From Candidatus Eiseniibacteriota bacterium (GTDB taxonomy: Bacteria > Eisenbacteria > RBG-16-71-46 > JAGVPR01): a stretch of 40,920 nucleotides of DNA. The notes below the pieces were generated by a model. It searched no databases. It was not told the origin of the DNA and was given only the letters and a program-made list of their open reading frames with translations. Below, piece after piece: positions 8,001 through 20,000 of this stretch (the first letter of the stretch is position 1; each line of letters begins with the position of its first letter). A program made the position numbers and the translations under genes. Location: assembly GCA_020052115.1 (NCBI GenBank), contig JAGVPR010000103.1:1-40920 (forward strand). Direction: 5' to 3'.

Positions 8001-11000
8001 AGTACACACCCTCCGGCAGGCCCGTCGTGTTCCACACCACGTTCGCCGTCACGTCGGTCGGGTCGCCGGCATCGTGGGTCGGCTGAACGATGCCGAGATC
8101 CTGCCAGCCGCCGCCGCCGACCTGCGCCGCGATCTGAACACCCAGCGCCGCCAGATTCTGGCCGAAGTCGCCGTTGATGTCGAACACGGCGCCACCGGTC
8201 TGGAGAGCGGCGTTCGTGTAGTCCAGAACGGCCGCGCCGAGGCTGGTGGTGATCACCGAGTACACGGTGACGTTCGCACCCTGCAGTGCCGGCAGGACCA
8301 CACCGAGTCCGTCGCCCTGAGTCGGCTCATCGCCGACGAGGATGAAGAACTTCTGCGCGCCCGGCCGGAACGTGTAGTGCTGAAGGCTCTCGACGAGGGC
8401 CTCGAGACCATGCTCGGCTCCCGAGCGTCCCGTGCCGACAGCCTGAACCATCGTCTGGAAGACCGACGTGCTCGACGTGAACTGGCCCGTCCCGACCAGC
8501 GGCGTGCCCGTCGAGCCGTCCGTATTGATGATGCCGCTCGGGTCACCGAACCAGGCGACGGCCAGCTGGACGTCCTTGCCCGCGAGGGCGTTCGCGAACA
8601 CCTGGGCGTTCGCGGCGACCGCGCTCTGGTAGGAGCCCATGCTGCCCGACCCGTCAATGACCCACACGATGTCGGCCCTGCCGCCGCCGCCCGCGATGTC
8701 GCCCGCGAGAACCTGGAACTGCAGCTTGTTGACCCAGGTCTCGGCGGAAGCCGGGATGCAGGGCTCGTCGTCGTCGGCAGAGGCGTGGATCTTGACCGCC
8801 GTGCCGAGCGTGACGTCCGTGATCGTCCCGAAGTCCACAGGGTCCACCGTGGTGTCGTTCGTGTAGTTGACGATGTTCGTAATGGCCACTTCAGGCCCGA
8901 TGTGGTCAACCGTCACGTGCCGGAAGGTGCCGTCGGTGTTCGTGTAATTGAGGATGTCCCTGTTGCCCGCACGGTCATCGTAGGTCACCCGGAGATCGTA
9001 GAGGCAGCTCTCGAGGTCCGAGATATCCCACGTGGTCGAGTAGGTGTTCAGGATGTCGTCCACGAGCGGCGTGGACGGCGTGATCGTGGCATACGTCCAG
9101 AACGGATCGTCGTCAGGATCGGACGCCCTCTTGTACTCGTAGATCGGCCGACCCGTGTCATCCCTGCGCCAGACGTCCGTGTCCGTCGAGACCGTGATGA
9201 GGTCCACGATCCGGCCGTCCGTCGAGAAGGTAAACACGTCGCCCACCTCGAAGTCGTCGTTGGCGATCGGCATGCCGTCGCTGTCAACGCCCGGCGTGAA
9301 CTGCACCCAGACCGTCCCTTCGATCCACACCTGCGAACCGGTTGTGACACCGGCGCCGTTGTGGCCGTTGGAGGCTGTCCAGTCGAAGGTCGCCGCGCCG
9401 ACGTCGCCCGAACTCGTCATCATGATGCTGTACACGACGAGAGAGTCAGGCACGGTCCCGTGCGGAGCCACCCAGCCGCGGTTACGCGGATCCGGCCCGC
9501 GGTTCGGGATCATCGACTTCTGCTGCACGATATCGAGACTGTCGTTGATCGTGAGCGTCGCCGCCGTGAAGCCGTCCTGCCACGGCAGGATGCACTCACC
9601 GGCTTCCACGTCGCCTTCGACAGGCAACCACGTCGCCGTCGGAGCCGTGTGGTCAACGATCATGATCACGATCGGCGGAGCGCTGTCGCGGTTACCGGCA
9701 TCGTCCTCGGCGATCGCCGCGAACTCGTACCGGCCTTCAGCGAGCGGCGTGGTGTCCCAGTTCCTGAGCACCCATGTGAAGTCGCCCGTGGTGTCCCTGT
9801 CGCCGTCGGCGAGCGTCCACGTCGTGGCGCCCTCCGGCCGGTAGAAGAACTCCACGAACTCCGTGTCATGGTCGCCCTTGAGGATGGTCGCCCAAATCTC
9901 GACCGCCCCGCGGACGTGCTCCTCCTCCGGGAACTCCACTTCACGCTCGTCGCCCACCGCACGCACGAGCTTGGTGATCGTGGCAACCGGCGCGATCGTG
10001 TCCTGCACGTGCAGCTGCAGGCCACGCCCGTCGATCATCGCCTGGACCGCCGTGTCCGTGTTGAGCAGGAGGTCCGAAGACGCCGCCACGACGTCGTATG
10101 TGGCCCCGACCGTCAGCATCGGGGTCATCTGGTTGAGATCCCAGTCGAACGAGTAAGGCCTCGTCTCGTCCGGGTTCACGTCGGTGTCGTCATAGCCAGG
10201 CTGCGCCGACTGCCACGAGCTGGGCACGTTGAGGTCGGTGTGCAGCTTGTACATGAACTCGATGATGTCATCCTCGGTTTCGGTCTCGGTGCGGGCGAAC
10301 GCCGTGAAGACCTGATTGCGTTCGACCGTTCCCTCGAACTCGAAGGCCGGGGTCGAAGGATCGAAGTCCATCGTCGCCATGGGCGCCGTGTTGTCCACGG
10401 TCACGTCGAACAGGACCGGGGAGCAGGCTCCCGACCCCCAGGCGTCCTTCTCGCTGTTGCCATGCACGTCCACCGCGTATGCCCGGACCTGCCAGTGGCC
10501 GTCCGGATAGATCGCGGCGCCGCTGCCGTCAATCGCGAGCGTGTTCCAGTTGATCATCCAGTCTTCGCCGAGGGTGTTGTCCGCTCCAGCAAACACCTCG
10601 TACGACACCGTGTCCGGCGTCGACTCGATGAGGATCCACTCGCCCGTAGGCATGCCGTCTCGATGCGCCTCGAAGTTCACGAGAGCGCGTCCGCCCGGCA
10701 GCATGGACTGGTCGCCGGCCGCCGTGGTCGCGAACAGCGCCACGGATCCGGCCACCCACGTCCCGTTCTCGAGCGTCGTCTCGGTCACATCCTGCGGCAG
10801 AATCTGGCCGCCGGTGGCCGCGACGTCCGTCAGACGGGTGTTGCAGGGCGCCGTGACGTCCTGGACGAGCACCGCATTATTCCGAACCAACATGGACCAG
10901 TTGCCAGCGCTGTCCCGTGCGGTCGCCCGCAGCGCGAACAGACTGTCGGCCCACGCCGTGTTCGTCGGAGTGGTCCACGAGATCTGCCACAGCGTCGGAT

Positions 11001-14000
11001 ACGGATCAACCGGAGCCGTCATCAGTCCGATGGTCGTCCAGTCGGCCTCGTTGATGCTGCTGGCCGGCCGGTACTCCATCCGGGCGCCGAACATGCCGCC
11101 CGACTCCATCGGAAGGCCCTGAAGAGCCTCGAAGTTATCGTCAATGGCCGCACCCAGCGGAGCGACATCGCCGCCCGCCACGTGCAGAGGATCGGTGTTC
11201 ATGTCGGTGCCGCCACCCTCCATCTCGTAGGTGCCGGCGAAGAGATCCTTGATGTAGGGCGAGGCGGGGTCGATCCGGAGCGACTGGCCCGGATCATCGC
11301 TCGAGCTGTTGCCCGCGTAGTCGGTCGCGAGCGGACGGAACTGGTACGCCTTCACGGCGGCAGCTTCCGACGTCGCGCCGTTGTCCCCGCCCTGCATTGC
11401 GAGGAAGAGGTTCGGCAAGCCGTAGTACTCGAGGATCCACTGACCGTTCGCGGCGCTGTCGCCGCCCGGGTCGTCGCCCTGGTAGTCACGATACTCAAAC
11501 GTGCCGATCGTGAGCCACCGCGGAGCCGTTTCGTCCTCGCGCGGATAGCGGTAATCGTCGCGGAACTCGAGCGTCATCATCTCGATGTCCGTGGACGAGT
11601 CGCCGTCATCCTCAGCCTTGAATGTGACCGTCGTCGGCAGAACCGGCACGAACTGCGTCTCCTCCGGAAGATAGTCCGGGATGATCAGCGTCGTGTGGTT
11701 CTCGACGAGCGGCAGGCCGCCCGCCTTGATGAGCACGGCCGCCGGCGGAGTGTGGTCGAACCGCACCGTGATCATCGGCACCGTCTCCGTGCCGTCGATC
11801 ACCCCGTTGCCGTCCGTGTCGCCGCCGATGTTGCCGTCGGCGTCGCGCACGATGCCCCGGAGCTGGTACAGGCCGTCCGTCCACCGGTCCGTGTCCATCG
11901 TCCAGATGAAGAGCTTCCGGTTCGCCGAGACCGGAGTGTCAACCAGCGGAACCGTGGTGACGTCCTCCCATGCGACGCCGTCGCCGGAGATCTGAAGCGT
12001 GCCCGTGACCGCGTCGTACTCATTGAGACCGGTCGCCATCGCCCAGACCATTGCCTGCCCGGTGAACACCATCAACGGATCATCCGGCCAGTAGGTCTTG
12101 CCGTTGGTCATGTTGGTCAACTGCCAGAAGTGCGCCACCGGGCCGTCCATGTCGTTGAGGATGACGAGGCTCGTCCTCCCCTGCTCGCCGAGGTTGCCCA
12201 CGGCGTCCACGGCCAAGGCCCGGACTTCCACGTACGCGTCGCCCGAGCGGCCGAGGTCGTCGAAGATGACCTGACGGATCGACTCGGTGTTCAGCGTCGC
12301 GGTGTAGTAGTGCTCCCCGTCCTCGACCGTCTCATCGTCGAGGTCCGGGGTCTCGAACTGCACGCCCATGATCGGCGTGAAGTAGTCGTCGTCCTCGTTG
12401 ACCTGAGTGACGTCAATGTCATGCCAGCTGCTGTCCGCCGGCGACGGCGACCACTGGAAGACCACGGCCACCGGCTTCTCGGCCAAAGTGTACTGACCGA
12501 AGAAGGTGACCGGATCCCCGATGCGGACCACCGCTCCGTTGACCGGCTCCGTCGGGCCGCCGTTGATGGAGGCGAGCTTCACCTCCGCCAGCGCCGGCAT
12601 ACCGTCGATCGTGAGGTCGGTAAGGTACTCATCCGGCGTGTAGCTGACGTTGAAGCCGTCATCGAACACCACCGCGCGGATCTGGAACACCGACTGAGCC
12701 TCGTCGGCCTCGTCAATGATCCCGTCGTTGTCGTTGTCAACCTGGTCGCCTTCGGTGGACTCGTCAACGACCAAGTCTCGATCGTTGTCGAGATGGTCGT
12801 CCACGGAACCCGGCGTCGGCGTGGTCCACGTCACGAACCAACCGCTGCTGACCGGATCGGGGTCCTGGCCCACGATGGTCGCCCAGCGCCACGACTGTCC
12901 GTCGTAGTACTGGAAAAGGACCTTCGCCGGGTCAACGATGTTGACCCCGCCCGGCTCATCCACCAGGTACGTCTGCAGCCCGACGAGCCACGCCGCCGGA
13001 GCCGAAGTGATCGGCTCGAGCGTGTTGCTCGGCGTGAACGGGTTGTTCATGACGTTGACGGCGTAGGTCTGCGTGATCGGCGTGCGATCAATCACCGTCC
13101 GCTTGCCGACCGTGCTCGCCGAGCCGTTGCCGTCCTCACCCGAGAACTCCCACCGGTAGACGCCGTCCGGAAGCGTGGAGATGTCCACGTTCGTCCAGTA
13201 ATCAACGTTCGCCGGAAGGATGATCCGGGAATCGCCGAGGTTGAAGTGCCACGGCGTCGGATCGCCGAGTGTCGGAGCGACGTAGCCGACCGGATTCGTG
13301 TCGTTGCGAGGATCGTCAACCGGATTCTCGGTGCCGTTCCCGTCGATGTCGAAGTTGTCGCCGATCGTGTCCACGAGGAACTGGTACCTGATATTGCTGC
13401 CCTCGCTGACCTCACCCACGACCACCGTCCACACATTCGCGGACTGCGTCATCGGGTAGAGCTCGTTGAGCAGGTCCTGCACCCCGTCCGCATCACGATC
13501 GAAGAACAGCGTCACGTTCTCGAAGTCGCCCGGCGTGACCAGGTGATACCAGTCGGCCTCGAAGAACTTGAAGGTGATCGGCATGTAGCCGTGCTCGGTG
13601 ATGTCCTCCGCCAGCGGCGTCATCGTCTGCTCGGCCACCACGGCGCCGGTCGTCTCATTGATGAGGCGCGCGATCACCGAGGACGGAACGAGCGGATCGG
13701 CCGGAGCGTCGTCGTCCACGAGCAACAGATCCACCTCGTCGCCGGAGAGCTTCGTCACCGGCGGGAGGCTAGAGAGTTCGTTGATCGAGTTGCCGAGCTT
13801 CGCCGTAATCACCTCGTAGAAGGCCGGATCATCCACGTCCTGGTGCCCGAGGCCGCCGACATGGAAGTTCGGCGAATCGGTGTCCAGGACCGTGATGATG
13901 GCCCACTCGGCCGTCGGCGGCTCCTTGTTCGTGAGCGGCGACTGCGTCTCGGCGCGGGCCATGATGGACCATACGCCGTTGTTCGTGCCGTCGCGCGCCG

Positions 14001-17000
14001 TCTGCCAGTCCACCGTGTACGGATCGGCCTCGTCGCCGATCGCGATCAGCGTCCACGAGGACGTGTGGTAATCAACCATCACCGCCGCGGCCGGATCGGA
14101 CGCGAAGATGATCTGGTCGGTGCCGTAGTCAATCGCGAAGTCGGTGACCGCCGGACTCGGATCGGCCGCGAGGTCCGCGAACGTCCGGTACGTGCCGGCC
14201 GTGCCGCCGATGTCAACCCGCACGTCCGTGCCGTTCAGGTTGTCGCCGTCCGGATCCGTGGTGTTCTCGAGAAGGTCCGCCACCCAGAAGCCGGCGTACG
14301 TCCCCTGCGTCGTGAACGCCGGAGTGACCGGCTCGTCCAGAACCACGCTCGCGCGATAGAAGCGAACGAGGTCGAACGCGTCGTCCACCGGGTTGCTCGC
14401 CAGGTCAGCAAAGATCGTCGCGATCGCGCCCTCGTTGATGGTCGCGTCGAGCGGATCGGTGACGGTCGCTGCCATGTGCGTGATCATCAGCCAGCCGCCC
14501 TTCGTCTCGTCGATCACCGAGCGGTTGCCCGGCGAATCGGTCGCGACGATGGCGAACTCGTACGGGCCGTTCAGGCCGCTGACGTCCCAATCGAAGATGT
14601 ACGGATACGTCGTATCGGACGCCGCACGCGTCCATGCCATCCACTGGTCGCCGACGGCTCCCGGCTGAGGCAGCAGGTCGTAGTCGGCGAGCCCGTTGGC
14701 GTCGAGATCCTGCTCCCGCGGCCGGAACCACAGGCTGACGTCCACGACGCTACCCTGCTCGTCGAGAACGCCGTGGTCGGCTGCGGTGGCGAAGATGCTC
14801 AGCGTATTGGCCAGAGTCTGCGTGCCGGTCGGGGCGAGGATGTCGCCGTCCGGCTCCGAGACGGTGATCAGGGTCGTGTTCGGAGCGACGTTGTCGGTCA
14901 CATGGACCACGATCTGGGTCATAGCCGCCAGATCGTCGCCGCCTTCGCACTCCTGCTCTGCCGTCGCGCGCAGGTAGACGAGCCTGTCGTTCTCCAGCTC
15001 GCCAAGCGTGTTCTTCGTGAGCCAGACGAAGCGCCACGGAGAGCTGCGCTCCGGGGCCCCGTCAATCGTGGCTTCGTTCGGATCCGCGTTCACGCCGTCC
15101 TTCATGAACGGAAGGAGCGGCAGGCCGCGGTCCTGATCGTTCTCGGTCACGACGGTGGAGATCAGGTAGGCGGGCACCGTCCAGCCGATCGCCGTCCGGC
15201 GCGTGTCGCCCACTTCGACCACCGTCAGGTCCGTATTGCCGGCGCCCTTCGTGTAGACTCCGTCGCTCCCGTCGAACATCTTCAGGAGCCCGGTCGGGGC
15301 GTCGGTGAAGAAGTCTTCGTCGTTGTTGATGCCGTCAATCTGGTTCCAGTTGACACCGTCGAACGACCACTCGAGGAACACCGCGTCGGTGCCGGCCTCG
15401 TCGTTCGTATCAATCAGGACCTCCATCACGGTGTTGCCGTTGTTCTCCGAGATGACAGTCCCGTCCGCCGGCATCAGGAAGGACGGAGCCGGCGCCGTGT
15501 TGTCGATGAAGATGTGGATGCGCTGGCCCGGATCGCTGCGGTCGGCGTCGGAGTTGCCCAGAGTATCCAGGGCGATCGCCTCCACCGTCACGTAGCCGTC
15601 CGGCAGCCCGTTCGTATCCCACGGCCACACGTAGTCGGCCCATGCCGTCGTGTTCGTGCTGCCCGGCGAGTCCGCATCCTCATCCGCACCGATCTCCGTC
15701 CAGAAACCGCCGACGACCGTGCCTGCGATGTCGCTCAGGACCGGCGCGTAGCTGCTGGAAGCGAGTTCGTAGAGGATCCCGCCGGTGGTCAGCGTCACGG
15801 TGTCGTACGCATACACGTCACCGGCGTACTCGCCGTTATTGGCCGCCGCGTCGGCCGCCGCGTTCAGCTCGCAGATCGCGAAGACCTTCGCGTTGGTCGC
15901 ATCGACGATAGCCACCATGGCCGCCTCTTCGGCCGGCTCATGGTTCGCCATGAAGTCGAGGTCCGCCGCCGTCCCGATCTCCGGCGTCGTGTCGGTGATC
16001 AGGATCAGGATGCGCTCAGCGCCCGGCCGCCAGTTGATCCCCATGCCCGCGCCCGCAGCGTTCTGAAGCACATCGTACGTCGGGACTTCGGTCTCGTTCG
16101 GCGTCAAGAGGTTGAGCGCCGTCGAGAACGCTGCGACGTCGGCCGTGAGGTTCTGCCTCAAGACCGGCACCGACTCGACGTCCACGAGCCCGAGACGGAA
16201 GTCCACGTTCGTGGCCGAAAGCTCGTCCGCGAAGCCCTGGACCGCCGCCTGCACGCTCAGAATCGGATCCTGCATCGAGCTCGAAGAGTCGATCAAGAAC
16301 ACGATGTCGGCGACCGACGGACCGGCTTCCTCACCGCGGATGTAGCGGTAGAGGACCCGGGTCGAGCCGACGTCGTCGGCCGGGAGGCCGTAGACCACCG
16401 AATGGAGGTCCACGATGCCGCATACCGTGGAGGAATCGGCCGGCGAACCGTGCGGCGAGAAGTAAGCGTTCAAGCCGCTCCGGTCAACCGTCACCGTCAC
16501 GATCGTCGGATTCGGATCGAAGTTCCCCTCGATGTCGTACGCCACCGCGCGGAGGTCGTACTCGCCTTCGGGGAACAGCGCCGGATCCGTCGTATCCCAC
16601 GTCACGACGACCGGGTACGTGAAGTCGGCGACGTTGCCCGACCCGTCAATCGTCCCTGTCACCGTGGCGATCGGGACCCATGTCACGTGGTCGCTCGTGT
16701 ACTCGAAAACGATCTTCTCGATGTCGTTCTCGCAAGCGGTCGTATCACCGTCATCCACCGCGAGGACGCCGCCCGGCAGAAGGTCATCCAGCCTGCCGTT
16801 CGAGTTCAGATCTTCCGAGTACGTCGTGAATGAGCCGTCCTGGTTGAGGTCCCAAGCGATCTCGTCGCCCGGCGCCGCGAGGCTGTCCACCACGCCGTCA
16901 CCGTTGAGATCGCAACCCATATACCGCTCGGCGTCGTTCTCCGTCACCGAGTCGATGATGTGGTTCTCGTTCACATCTTCGTGCTGGACCCACAGCTCGA

Positions 17001-20000
17001 TCGCGTTGTAGGCCGGGACGCGCACACCGTACTTGAAGTACTCGGTGCCGCTGTCCTCGAACCAGCTCTTCGCGTACACCCGCGTGATCACGGCGTGCGG
17101 CATCGTGCCGTCCACCGCCACCTCGTGCAGCTCGGCCAGGTCGGCCGGGCTGTCGTTACCCATGATCACCTCTTCCTCGTTACCGATCTCGATACCGAGA
17201 GTCGGGTCCGTAGGATTCGGATCCGGGTTCGGACGGAAGATGTACGGCTGCCAGGTCTCGGTCGTGATGTTGTACCACTCGAGCCGGTCGGCAGCGCGGG
17301 CGACGAAGTAGTAGTCGTCCTGCGAGTCGGCCGGGCTGTTCGTCACGAAATCAGGCGTCCAGCTGATGTGCTCCTCGAGCGAGTGGATGCGCCCGGTCGC
17401 GTGCGTCGCGTCGGTGATCAGGTTGACGAAATCAGGATCGCTGTTCTTCGCGTAGAGCAGCTCGACCCACTGGACGTCCGTGTCCACGCTGGTCGCGCCG
17501 GCGTGATAGACCTCGTCGTCGTAGATCGTGCTGTCGTTCGGAATCAGCGTGCCTTCCGTGGTCGCCAGCTTGAACTCGGCCCCCGGCGCCGTGTTGTCCA
17601 GCAGGAAGATCGTCGGCGCCGCGTAGGTCTCGACGACGTTCTCGGCCTGGTCATAGGCCACCGCCTTCACCCAGATCCCGTCCTTGTCGTCAATCGGATT
17701 GCCCGACAGGCGAAGCTGCGTGAGGTACGTGTCCCACTGCCAGGTCCAAGTCGTCGCCGGAGCCGGCTTGTGCACGACGAAGTTGAAGTTGTCGCGCACG
17801 AAGAACATCCCGGTCCGGTCGAGGCCGTCGGCGTAGTCAATGCCGTCCACGCCGTCCTCGTCGTCGTCCATGGAGGTCGTGTAGGTGTTGTCCGACGGCG
17901 TCGGGTCCGGCTCGCCGTTGACCGTGTCGCCATCGAAGTCAACGCCGAAGCCCTCACCGAGGACCCCGTCGTTGTCCAGGTCGGTGCCGGGCGACTCGAA
18001 TTCGAAGTCGTCCACGTAGCCGTCCTGGTCGTTGTCCACGAAGTCGGCGTCGTAGGCGGCGATCGCCTGGCCGACCTGGGCGTCCATTTCATCAACCCCG
18101 ACCTCGCCGGCGGACGGACGTCCGTTGCCGTCGATGTCGAAGGCGATGACCCAGTCGCTGTCGTCGTCGAGGCCGTTGAAGCCGGCCGCGCCGCCGTCAC
18201 CGGCTGCGTCTCCCGCCGGGTCGTAGTTCAGGTCGCTCCAGTCCGCGAGCGGCGGCACCGAGCCCGGCACCGTGAAGTCCGCGTACTGCATCCGGATGAA
18301 GAGGACGTCGTTGTCCGACGGCGTATAGATGTCCAGCTCCGTCAGACGGCGACCCTCGAGAATGTCGTTGAGCTCCCGCCCCTCGCGATCCCTCGCCGCA
18401 CCCTTAGCGGGCTGGGCCGGGATGTAGGGGCTCGAGATCTCGAACTCGTTGTCGCCGAAGAGCTGATTCGGCGGGCTGTCCGAGTGGACGATGCTGACGC
18501 CGTCGCTCATCGTGATCGAGCCGTCGCCGTCGGAATCGAAGAACCCGTACAGCCGGATGTCCGAGATCTTGGTGACGGACGGGGCGTTGTTGTCAATGTG
18601 GATCAAGCCCGCGCCCGGCGCCGACGCGTTGTTGATCGGCGCGTCGGACGGCCCCGTGTTCAGCGACGCGAAGATCATCCCGTCCACCGGGATCGTCGCG
18701 TCGAAGTTGTTGCCCGAGAGAATCTGCTGCGGCTCCGCCGCGACGTTGATCGTGACGAACAGGTTCGTCTGGCTGTCGACGTCGCTGTCCTTCTTGGCCG
18801 CCGGCAGCGCGGAGTTCACTCCGTTGCCGAGCGCCGTCTCATCAATCACGTCGAGGATGTCGCCGTCGCCGTTGTAGTCAACGCCCGCGGCCGGTTCACT
18901 GAGGCCGGCCGTCAGCGTCCCGCTGTGGTTCCGGTCCTCGGTCAGAGCCGGAATCGGCGTCGCGGGCTCGAGCCGCCAGGTGCGGTTGTCACCCGGCGCC
19001 TTGGGAGCGACCAGCGTCGCCTGGCCCCAGTTCGTGTCCACATCCGGGTCGAAGATGCCGTTGCTGTCGGCGTCCACCCAGATGAACACGCCCGAGATGT
19101 CCGTCGGCTCCTGGGCCTGGTACGGGTTCATGACCGTGAACGACGTCAACATGTCGTCGAACGTGTCCACGACCCCGTCGGCGACCGGCGGCACACCTTC
19201 AGGCGTATCGGTGTAGATATCCTCCTCAACGCCCGAGGTCCCGTCGTAGTTGCCGTCGGTGTCCGCATCCACCCAGCCGGCGAGGATGTTGTCGGCGGCG
19301 ATCGGCGGATCCGAATTCGGCACCGTGCCGAAGAACGAGATCGCATGGCCCGGGTCGTAGGACTCGGCGCCCTGGAAGAGGACCACGTCCGCGGCGGCCG
19401 TGTAGTAGCCGTCTCCGTCGAGATCAATGATGATCTCGTCGTTCTCGGCGTAGTCGTAGCCGTTCACCGGCGAGTCCGGATCGCTCTCGACCCGCTCGTT
19501 CCAGAACTTGTAGTCCGCGTCGAACGCGAAGAGCGGCGCACCCAGGACCGTCGTCTTGGTCAACACGTCCTTGCGGATCGTGTCCGGACGGGTCGTGAAG
19601 GTGCCTCCGCCGTCAACGTCGCGGATGATGTCCTCGGCGAGGTTGTCGAACGTCCCGTTCGCCGGGTTGTTATCCACGAACATCTCGAGATCGAAGTCCG
19701 TGATCGCCCCGACGAAGCTCGGGAAGGCGACGACTTCGCCGACGTTCCACGCCTCATTGACGTTGAGGTCGGCCACAACCGCCTCGCCCCACTGGTACGC
19801 CCCGTCACGCGGCGCGATGTCCACGTAGGAAGCCGCCGGGATCGGACCGGCGTTGTCGAGGTCGAGGTTGTGAGCGAGGCCGGCAGCGAGCACCGCCTCG
19901 CCGATGTCGGCGCGCAGATCGGCGTCCGCATCGTTGATGACGGCTTCACCGTAGTCGTAGTTCCCGTTGCCGCCGCCGCCGCCGATTCCGCCGTCGTCGA

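Noticed and set aside
5200-16833. 3,877-aa ORF on the plus strand, the longest plus-strand ORF in the track
   Set aside because: It is exactly codon-aligned antisense to the giant gene ((5200-5053) is divisible by 3). Stops in it can therefore arise only from sense TTA/CTA/TCA codons, which this GC3-rich gene almost never uses. The ORF ends at 16831-16833 on a single sense TCA (Ser) codon. The translation is Arg/Val/His/Asp/Gly low-complexity with no motifs, no SD and no start context.
19969-19983. (GCC)5 trinucleotide run, with shorter GCC runs at about 8107-8118 and 8681-8692, as possible phase-variation tracts
   Set aside because: The triplet repeats are in frame and encode Gly linkers (GGIGGGGGNG, GGGG). 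Slippage would change linker length but would not switch the gene on or off, and the runs are short.
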